Shown in pieces: positions 56,588 through 64,000 of a stretch of DNA of 64,000 nucleotides. This DNA is from a virus: IMG/VR virus record IMGVR_UViG_3300027895_000070, positions 435 through 64,434 of that record; one strand, written 5' to 3'. The position numbers and the translations under genes are program-made. The notes under the pieces are model-generated. The model saw nothing but the letters and a program-made list of their open reading frames with translations. It had not been told where the DNA came from and searched no databases. Position 1 is the stretch's first letter; the number at the start of each line of letters is the position of its first letter.

Positions 56588-58626
56588 GCCAAGCTACCGC
56601 CGGAGTTACGTTTGACCTGACGTGGCAGATAGAGCAATGGCGCGCCCAAGCTCAGGCGTTTCAAAGCGATCTGACGCAGATGGCGGAGCAAGCCCAGAAT
56701 ACGCCGATTAATATTCCGGTTACCATTGATATCGTTGGTTTGGAGAATCAAGTTGATGCCGCGATTGCGGAGATTGAGGCTACTCGAAGTATCAACATTC
56801 CCGTCAACGCGGGTTCTTTGCCGTGGTCACAAGGCGATTCAATTGATCTCGATCCAAATCAGATTCCCGGCGGCGTCGGTGGATTTACGGGCGGAGTATT
56901 CGGAAGGCCGTTTGTGACGCGAAATTGGACGGATTACAACCTCGCTGAAAGAAGTGGAGAACAGGAGTTTTCGGAGGGCGAATTGTCCCAACTGGCCGGC
57001 GGCACGGTAGAGGAGGAAGGAGAAGAGGGAGCGGCAGCGGCACGAGGCGCTGGAGGTGGCAGAGGATTAGGCGCGTTCATGGGTCTGATGCTCTTGCGCC
57101 GCGCCGTCTCCGAATATGATGAAAATTCCGCTCTGAATGCCAAGATAGACCAAACGGGTGGAACCGACGTTGGCGTTGCTGGCGGTGAAAGCCAAAACAC
57201 TAAGACGGCGAAGGAAGCTCTTGGTGCTTTGGAAACGGAAAAGAATTCGTTTAGCGGCGAGGCGATGCAATGGATTAACGATAATCCCTACAAATCATCA
57301 CTGATTGAAGGGCCGCTAGGTCCGCTTCTTCAATATACGGGCGCAAATCAATGGGTGGGAAAAGAACTTGGGGTTGACTTTGATTTCGACAAACGAGAGA
57401 GCGATTTGAAGTCGGCCCTTCAAAGCAGCGAACAAACTGACGAAAAACAAAAAAAAGTCGAACAAGAAAATAGAGCCGAAGATAGATTTCAAAAAGAAGC
57501 GGATTCCATCGGTGATCGCCCCGAAGTTGGGGCCAACAAGTACGATCAGGCTCGCGACGAAATCTCGTCAAAGTACGGCAAGCTCGGCGAGGCGTTGGTT
57601 GACGATTACGAAGCGACGCGTCAGACAGCCGAAGACTTAAATCGCTTCCGTGAAGCCTATCAGCAATTGGGGCAGGAGCGGTTCGCGGCGATGGCCAAGG
57701 TCACCGAAGCCGAACAAGCTCACGCCCAAGAGCTTGCGGATCGAGACAATATCGAGCGAGCACATTTAAGCGGAGATTCTTCCGCAGCGGCTAAAGCTGA
57801 ATTGCAATCTAGCGTCGATCAGGAATTTCAAAGCAGAGGCGGCGAAAGCAGCCCCGATGCCGTCAAGTGGCGACAGGGTATTGGCCAACAAATCATCACC
57901 CAAGGCTCCGCCGAAATCGACGAATCCCAGCGTTTCGGTCAACAGCAGGCGATCAGCGGATTGGAAGGCCAAGCACTGTCACAAGAGGCCCGCAATTCCG
58001 GCGATACCTTCGGAGCACAACAGACGGAGAACGATGCGCAGACGCGGCAAAGAGCGTTGGATATTCAAGAGAAGATCGACACGCTAGTTGAGAAATCAGG
58101 TAATAACCGTTCCGAAGATACTCAAAAGGAAATCGACGCACTTGAAACAGAACTCTCGCTAACCGAGCGAATCGGCGCGGAGCGGGATCAGGCAATAGGC
58201 AAAGCCCGCGCCCAGCATGAGGGAGATTTAGATACAGATATCAAGGCGACGGAGGCTCGCGCCCATGGCGGAGACAGACAGGCCGACCTTTACGAACTTG
58301 AAAACAAGATCAAAAAGGAAATTGCCGACGCCAGCCCGGAAGATCAAGCGAAGATGCGCCAGCTTGGCAGCGCACAAATCGATCAATTCCTACACGCCGA
58401 TTCGCATCCGTTCATGGGGAGCGAAGATCAGTATTTACAGCAACTGCAAATGGGGATTCTCAAGGGCGGCGCAAATGTCGATGCGCAGGCGAAGCAATTT
58501 CAGGATGATATCAACCACCCAAAGAAAACCGAGGATGCGGCGGACATGTTGCATAAGGCGGCGGAGGCCGTCGCGGAGGCGGCTAAGAAGTTCGCGGGGA
58601 TTTGGGTGATGGAGGCGATAGGATAA
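56584..58626 (+). CDS. Tape measure protein
   Basis: 680 aa, helical Ala/Glu/Gln-rich, after the frameshift chaperone. Confidence 0.7.
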   Translation: MSQATAGVTFDLTWQIEQWRAQAQAFQSDLTQMAEQAQNTPINIPVTIDIVGLENQVDAAIAEIEATRSINIPVNAGSLPWSQGDSIDLDPNQIPGGVGGFTGGVFGRPFVTRNWTDYNLAERSGEQEFSEGELSQLAGGTVEEEGEEGAAAARGAGGGRGLGAFMGLMLLRRAVSEYDENSALNAKIDQTGGTDVGVAGGESQNTKTAKEALGALETEKNSFSGEAMQWINDNPYKSSLIEGPLGPLLQYTGANQWVGKELGVDFDFDKRESDLKSALQSSEQTDEKQKKVEQENRAEDRFQKEADSIGDRPEVGANKYDQARDEISSKYGKLGEALVDDYEATRQTAEDLNRFREAYQQLGQERFAAMAKVTEAEQAHAQELADRDNIERAHLSGDSSAAAKAELQSSVDQEFQSRGGESSPDAVKWRQGIGQQIITQGSAEIDESQRFGQQQAISGLEGQALSQEARNSGDTFGAQQTENDAQTRQRALDIQEKIDTLVEKSGNNRSEDTQKEIDALETELSLTERIGAERDQAIGKARAQHEGDLDTDIKATEARAHGGDRQADLYELENKIKKEIADASPEDQAKMRQLGSAQIDQFLHADSHPFMGSEDQYLQQLQMGILKGGANVDAQAKQFQDDINHPKKTEDAADMLHKAAEAVAEAAKKFAGIWVMEAIG

Positions 58627-59477
58627 TGGCCGCAAGCAATATACCCCTCAGTACCGCAATCAGTATCGGCGGTCTGACGGCATGGGATGAAGGCTGGACC
58701 GAACACATTATCCGTCTCGGCACATCCACGGCTACTCGCCGCATACGCTGTTTTTGCAGCCAACGCGAACTCGTCACGGAATTCCTTTTAGCCGGATATG
58801 TGGTGCAGGGCGGACGTGTTGTTCAGAATCTCACGCAGTATCCAGACATTCCGTGGATGTATGTCGATGAGGTTGAGTCAAGTCCCGCCCCGGACGCGAT
58901 GGGAACAAGTGTAAGCCCGGCTGGCCAGTTTGCGGAAGAGTACGCGATTCTCAACGTCAAGTACAAAGCGTATCCATGGGCATCCGGCCAACAGGGATAT
59001 CTCACATTCCGATACGGTTCTGCGGTGCTAGCGTTGCCAAATGATGGAACGGGGAATACGGGTATTCTTTGGGGAAGCGATTCGACTCCGGTTCCCGCAT
59101 CGTCCGCCCCGGCGCTTCGCTACATGCTGGTGGGAATTTCTTGTCATCTTTTGAATCAGCCTCCCGTTGCAGACAGCACGATTCAAACGCTGATCGATAA
59201 CGTGAATAGCGATACATTCTTTGGATACGCGGCCGGGCAAGTGCGATTTCTCGGCTGCAACACGCAATTGTCGGCAAGTGGATACAATTCCTTGGGACAG
59301 GGATTTACCGAAAGTCAAACGTGGGAATTTGAGGCTCGGAGCTTTTCGTGGAACAAACTTTTGCGTCCCTCCCTTATGACGGGCGCGGTTTCGATGCTCG
59401 CCGCCCTGGACACGACCATCCCTCCCCAATTTGCAACAACGGCGTTTTCTCCACTGTTCCCATTGGGCGGAGCGTGA
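58626..59477 (+). CDS. Putative distal tail/tail-tip protein
   Basis: Immediately after the tape measure (TAATG coupling). Confidence 0.55.
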   Translation: MAASNIPLSTAISIGGLTAWDEGWTEHIIRLGTSTATRRIRCFCSQRELVTEFLLAGYVVQGGRVVQNLTQYPDIPWMYVDEVESSPAPDAMGTSVSPAGQFAEEYAILNVKYKAYPWASGQQGYLTFRYGSAVLALPNDGTGNTGILWGSDSTPVPASSAPALRYMLVGISCHLLNQPPVADSTIQTLIDNVNSDTFFGYAAGQVRFLGCNTQLSASGYNSLGQGFTESQTWEFEARSFSWNKLLRPSLMTGAVSMLAALDTTIPPQFATTAFSPLFPLGGA

Positions 59478-59480
59478 TCC

Positions 59481-59945
59481 GTGGGAAATTGGTTCAAGAC
59501 GAATTATCCCGATGGTATAGGAATTCCGACGGGGCGATGGATGAATGCTGTCGGTTCTTTTATGAACCGGCTTTGTGGCGGCTTCATTCAAGGCGATGGC
59601 ATCTACGTTCAAGTCCAGTCCAGCGCCAACGGCATAATCATTTCCGGAACGCAGCAAACGGCCACTGGTATAACCGTTAAATACGGTTCCCCCACCGCCA
59701 CCAACATGCAGTACAACGGCAACATCATGATCGGTACTCCCACCGGCTCCCCGCCCGCCGGCCTTACTGTCGGCCCCGCCTGCATCATCAACAACGAATT
59801 CGATCAAGGCTTAACCGGCATATGGCCCATCACATCGGGAACCTATGACACCAACGGCAGGCAAGTTGGCACAGCTACATCCGGCGGCATGGCCGTTCCC
59901 CTCATCTTCTGTCAAACCATCGCAACCGAAGATTGCGGAAGTTGA
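59481..59945 (+). CDS. Hypothetical tail-region protein
   Basis: 154 aa, GTG start. Confidence 0.6.
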   Translation: MGNWFKTNYPDGIGIPTGRWMNAVGSFMNRLCGGFIQGDGIYVQVQSSANGIIISGTQQTATGITVKYGSPTATNMQYNGNIMIGTPTGSPPAGLTVGPACIINNEFDQGLTGIWPITSGTYDTNGRQVGTATSGGMAVPLIFCQTIATEDCGS

Positions 59946-62056
59946 TCCTTCCTCATAACCAAATCCTCGACGGCACTGGACGCCCGGCATTATCCCAGCC
60001 CGTGCGCGTCTGGCGTCACCAACAACAACAGCAAAATCAGGCGGTAGGCGAGCTACTTCGCAATGCGAAGACGGGGAGATACTATCAGAACCCAACGACA
60101 GGAAAATTAAAACAGGCGACGGCGGAATCGGATTGTGACGATTGCTGTACGCCTTCGCCGTGCACGAACTGCGCAAGCTCAACTGGAATTCTACAACTTA
60201 CTTTGGCGGGAATATCGCAAGTCTCCTGGACGTGGACGGGAATCGGTTCAAGTCCAGTAAGCTTCTCGGGGGACTTTTCAGAATTAAATAATGGGTGGTC
60301 GCTAGAATTTTGTTATCAGAATCAAAACCAGTGCATGTACGGCGGCTGTTATTCTTCTCCGTTTGTCATCACATTTGATTCTCCGTCGTCGGGCGCGAAT
60401 TGTGGAGTCAACCAAACGCATCGCGCGGTGATAGTATGCAACCTTTCGTTTCGGGTATTACTGACGTTCCTGATGTCGCCATGCCGACTCAGTTTTGATA
60501 TTTTCGTTCAGATAACACCATACTTTTATCCCCAAGGCATGGGCAATCCCAGTGTGTGTTCCGCGAACAGTTACGGATGCACTGGATCACAGGGAGTTCC
60601 CGGACAGTTTTACAATTATCCTTTGTTTGTAGCCGATTCAGTTGTTCCAGATACCGAATTTTGCGGATATTGCAGTGGAACCGGAACAGGGACGGGAACT
60701 ATTCAACCGTCAATTTCGTTCGATAATACTCTCAGTAATTCTACTCTGGATTTCGACGCAACAACCACCCCATGGTTGACGGGAGACGGCTACGGTTGTT
60801 GTGCATTTGCGGGGGCACAGCCTGTTGGATACGGGGGAACGGGGACGCTGGAATTTATTCCGCAAACCGGGACGGGAACCGGCACAGGAACCGGCAGTTC
60901 TTCGCCGACAAATCCGTGGACTTGCTCCGAATGCAATCAACCTCTTTGCGAGTGCGTTACCGGGACGGGAACCGGCACAGGAACCGGCACAAGCCCGTCC
61001 TGCAATTGCGGATCAAGCACCCCATGCGACGACACGGAAACAACCGTCAGCGTCAACCTCGATGGTCTGAAAGCGTGCGATCCTGATTTTGTCAGCCTGA
61101 TAATTCCCCTGAAGCGTATCGCGGGCTGCCCCAACGCCGAGTGGTACGGCATCGGCTACTTCGGCAATGTCAATGTCACAATTAAGTACGTTGGCGGCTG
61201 CTACGAAATGACGGTGATCCACACGCCGCCCGGTCACGTCTACCAGCGGTTCTTCGGAACAGCAACTAGTCTCACAGGAAGTTATACATATTGCTCCGGA
61301 GACTGCACGACGCCGCCCGTGGTTACGTCGGGATGCTCGCTGGAAAACTGCTCGAATCAGTGCGGCGACTGCACGCAACTCGGCACAGTGTTTACTTTCA
61401 CCGCCGCAACCACCGGCCAAATGCGGCTCATCTTCAACGATCAGGTTGCCGGGTTCTGGAATAACAACGGCTCGTATACCGTCACGTTCACGGCTGGCGA
61501 CACGGGAACCTATACCTGCGATGCCCGCGCTGAAAATGGTTCTCCCGGACCAATGGTGACAGCGGGAACGGTTTATTCTGGGACAGCAACGGGACTATGC
61601 TGCGGCGCTCCATCGCCGCCATTCGCATGTTGTTGCACGGCGGATGGCGCGGCGTCTTGCCCCGGATGCTCTGTCGTCGGCGATCTGGTTTGCCCCAGCC
61701 TGACGGCTTATTCTCTCGTCGGCCAGATTTGTGACGCCCCCGGAACTTATTGTGACGGAATTTGCGATGACTCGCTGACGACGTTGACGGTCGATACATC
61801 TGCATTCAACGATGGCATCTGCGTATCCACGAGCACGGATACCGCGAACCAAACGAAAAATTGTTCATCCGGTTTCCCGCATGTGTCGTGGGCCGGAGCG
61901 GTCAGTACCATCCAGCTCAACAATACCTGCTACACGCTCACAATCACCTGCTCTGGCGGCGGACAGTGGATCGGCAATTGCTGTACGCCCACGGGAACCT
62001 ACTGCGAAACCTCCAACTCAACCGGGAAGTCCGTTGACACTGTATCTGTCGGATAA
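59933..62056 (+). CDS. Cysteine-rich tail-region protein with Gly-Thr linkers and a LecA-like module
   Basis: About 52 Cys in 707 aa by manual count; three GTGTGT tracts; exact start uncertain. Confidence 0.8.
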   Translation: MRKLILPHNQILDGTGRPALSQPVRVWRHQQQQQNQAVGELLRNAKTGRYYQNPTTGKLKQATAESDCDDCCTPSPCTNCASSTGILQLTLAGISQVSWTWTGIGSSPVSFSGDFSELNNGWSLEFCYQNQNQCMYGGCYSSPFVITFDSPSSGANCGVNQTHRAVIVCNLSFRVLLTFLMSPCRLSFDIFVQITPYFYPQGMGNPSVCSANSYGCTGSQGVPGQFYNYPLFVADSVVPDTEFCGYCSGTGTGTGTIQPSISFDNTLSNSTLDFDATTTPWLTGDGYGCCAFAGAQPVGYGGTGTLEFIPQTGTGTGTGTGSSSPTNPWTCSECNQPLCECVTGTGTGTGTGTSPSCNCGSSTPCDDTETTVSVNLDGLKACDPDFVSLIIPLKRIAGCPNAEWYGIGYFGNVNVTIKYVGGCYEMTVIHTPPGHVYQRFFGTATSLTGSYTYCSGDCTTPPVVTSGCSLENCSNQCGDCTQLGTVFTFTAATTGQMRLIFNDQVAGFWNNNGSYTVTFTAGDTGTYTCDARAENGSPGPMVTAGTVYSGTATGLCCGAPSPPFACCCTADGAASCPGCSVVGDLVCPSLTAYSLVGQICDAPGTYCDGICDDSLTTLTVDTSAFNDGICVSTSTDTANQTKNCSSGFPHVSWAGAVSTIQLNNTCYTLTITCSGGGQWIGNCCTPTGTYCETSNSTGKSVDTVSVG
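60866..60989 (+). repeat. 31-bp exact direct repeat encoding TGTGTGTGTG
   Basis: ACCGGGACGGGAACCGGCACAGGAACCGGCA at 60866-60896 and 60959-60989. Confidence 0.9.
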
Positions 62057-62627
62057 TCTCCAATCGCACAATCGCGTCAACTGCAAGCATTGGCAGGAGA
62101 TTCCCAACGCGAAGGGTGGCATCTGCGATAATCGAGAGGCGTGGAAGCACTTCAAATGGGACGGTCCACTGGCAATGCGGCCGGGGAAGTTGACATGCGT
62201 GAATTGCCCATTGCGAGAAGCATTCTCCCCCGATGAGCCGGTGATTCTCGGCGAGATCATGAGGGTCAAAAAAACTACGCCGGTTCCAGCCGCGCCGCGA
62301 ATAGATATCAAGGATTGGATGAAAAAGCACGGCCCGGAATTGTGGACGGATTTTCATCGAGAATTAGCGGTACTCGCGGCGGAAGAGGTGGAGCGGTGGT
62401 TAACGGCTTGGGAATCGCGGGTGACCTGCCGTGTGTGCGGGATGCACTGGCGGAAGATTCGCAAAGAGAATCCGCTGGATAATTCGAGTCCGATTGCGCG
62501 GTGCAAGTGGGGGTGGCGGGTGCATTTGATCGTGAGCAAGGAAAAAGAGGAGCCGACGCAGACGGGATTTACTTGGGAAAATGCAGTTGACTTATACGAA
62601 TACCCGATAGAATGGAAGCCATCATGA
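62034..62627 (+). CDS. Erv1/ALR-like sulfhydryl oxidase candidate
   Basis: GPELW..FH, CRVCGMHW, P.D.SS...KWGWRVH.IVS..K.EP; extra N-terminal CVNC. Start uncertain (TTG 62034 assumed). Confidence 0.65.
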   Translation: MTLYLSDNLQSHNRVNCKHWQEIPNAKGGICDNREAWKHFKWDGPLAMRPGKLTCVNCPLREAFSPDEPVILGEIMRVKKTTPVPAAPRIDIKDWMKKHGPELWTDFHRELAVLAAEEVERWLTAWESRVTCRVCGMHWRKIRKENPLDNSSPIARCKWGWRVHLIVSKEKEEPTQTGFTWENAVDLYEYPIEWKPS

Positions 62628-63061
62628 AACGCAGAACATTTCTCGGCGCGGCGTTGGCATCGATCACGTCTCTTGCCTTATCGAAACTTCCTAAGATTTC
62701 GGCTAAGCAGGTGAGGCCATCGTTTACCTTTATTGCTCCCACCACTGGCAAGATGAAGTCCCTGCCCAATCCTACAATGAAAATCGTTATGTTTGGTGGC
62801 CCGAAAAATATTAGCGGAGGATATTTCGGAAAGATAATCGAGCAGGGGTCTGTTTTCGACTGCCACATAGTAAACTCTCCCGATGAAAATCTAATCGGCA
62901 TCTGGCCAATCGCGGCAGGGACTTACGCACACGGGGTTAAAATCGGAATACATCCCGATGGCCTTCCGATTATCCTAACCCACTCGATTGCTTTCGCTGA
63001 CTGCGGAGGCGGTCTCGGTGCTGGAACTGACGGACCTTCTCTCCCCAATTCTTGTGGATGA
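62624..63061 (+). CDS. Protein with twin-arginine-like N-terminus
   Basis: MKRRTFLGAALASITSLAL matches the Tat RRxFL consensus. Confidence 0.6.
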   Translation: MKRRTFLGAALASITSLALSKLPKISAKQVRPSFTFIAPTTGKMKSLPNPTMKIVMFGGPKNISGGYFGKIIEQGSVFDCHIVNSPDENLIGIWPIAAGTYAHGVKIGIHPDGLPIILTHSIAFADCGGGLGAGTDGPSLPNSCG

Positions 63062-63065
63062 AATA

Positions 63066-63380
63066 ATGGATGAACCGATTCCGGCAACTCGATCAGAATA
63101 TTTAGCGAGATATTCTCCGTGGATTGGTACAACGAAATTTACTTGTATTGCCGAGTTTCCATGGGAAGAGGATCGCGTTCTCGAAATCAGAATCAAATCA
63201 ATAAATGACCTCGGCTTTCTGGTCGCCGAATATGTAGATGATCCCGATATCGACATTTCTTGGCAGTTCCATCCCAATGTCGTCTACGAGACTCGCGAAA
63301 AAGCACAGGAAATGCTAATCGTGAGACTTCGCGAATTTGAAGAACGGCGTAAACATTGCTGCGAAAATCCCCGTGGATGA
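63066..63380 (+). CDS. Hypothetical protein
   Basis: 104 aa. Confidence 0.55.
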   Translation: MDEPIPATRSEYLARYSPWIGTTKFTCIAEFPWEEDRVLEIRIKSINDLGFLVAEYVDDPDIDISWQFHPNVVYETREKAQEMLIVRLREFEERRKHCCENPRG

Positions 63381-64000
63381 TTTCGTTCCTACCGACATAA
63401 TTCTGAAATGGCGGTATTGCGTTGGCGATGCCATCGTCATTTCCGGCATCATTCGCGATTTACACCTCGCACATCCGGGGAAATATCGAACGGGGATTGT
63501 CACCGCTTGCCAAGATATTTTCTGGCACAATCCGTATATTGCGGCCAGCGTCGGTTATGGAAATCATAAACCAAATGGATTCCGCAAGGCCCAGATCATC
63601 AACGTGAACCTTTCCACGCCGCAATCGATTGAGGACGGATCATGGTATTTCGCTCGTGCATTCGCTCAGTCCATTTGCGATCAGCTTCACATCGAAATAC
63701 CGCAAACCCGTCCGCACGGTGATCTGTATTTAAGCGACGAAGAGTCCGCGATTGATCCATCGGCAATAACCGGAAGTTCTCGATATGCCCTTTTAGCAGC
63801 TTCTTACAAATCCGAATGCGGCGTGAAAAAGTGGCCGGGAAGTTACTGGCAGAAAGTCGCGGATGGTTTGATTAGGATGGGGATAACACCCGTTCAGATT
63901 GGCCATAAAGTTGAGGGGCAGCATATCGCTTGGCCGCTCCGCGGGGTCGTCAACCTACTCGGAAAAACCAGCTTGCGGCAACTGATGGTGCTTGCTCGGG
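63373..64000 (+). CDS. Glycosyltransferase family 9 (heptosyltransferase-like), partial
   Basis: Manual translation from GTG 63373: VGDAIVISGIIRDLHLAHPG...IFWHNPYI...VKKWPGSYWQKV...VQIG...VNLLGKTSLRQLM; open to the window end. Confidence 0.8.
   Translation, partial: MDDFVPTDIILKWRYCVGDAIVISGIIRDLHLAHPGKYRTGIVTACQDIFWHNPYIAASVGYGNHKPNGFRKAQIINVNLSTPQSIEDGSWYFARAFAQSICDQLHIEIPQTRPHGDLYLSDEESAIDPSAITGSSRYALLAASYKSECGVKKWPGSYWQKVADGLIRMGITPVQIGHKVEGQHIAWPLRGVVNLLGKTSLRQLMVLAR

Overview
The window is a 64-kb segment of a tailed dsDNA phage or prophage (Caudoviricetes-like). No integrase, att site, host housekeeping gene, tRNA or CRISPR array was seen. About 1-30.5 kb is an early/replication region of short genes in alternating blocks. 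It holds three DNA methyltransferases, an SNF2-like helicase, an AAA/SSB recombination pair, MazG-like and deoxyribosyltransferase-like enzymes, DUF932, RNase HI, and a Prim-Pol primase-helicase followed by an iteron-rich origin. Several back-to-back sigma70 promoter pairs feed apparently leaderless mRNAs. From about 30.5 kb everything runs on the + strand: a NusG-family antiterminator, small membrane/lipoprotein genes, a Tad1-like anti-defence protein, large carbohydrate-binding proteins, terminase, Mu-like portal/protease, GroES, major capsid, a non-contractile-type tail with a -1 frameshift chaperone, and a terminal module. The most unusual items are: (i) an Erv1/ALR-like sulfhydryl oxidase directly after a ~50-cysteine tail-region protein and upstream of a GT9 glycosyltransferase, suggesting a phage-encoded disulfide/glycosylation maturation system; (ii) a terminase intein whose centre is the antisense strand of a complete HNH endonuclease gene; (iii) a circularly permuted LecA-like lectin domain. 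A Planctomycetota (Phycisphaerae-like) host is inferred from protein style only. All family assignments come from motif recognition by eye; no database search was run.
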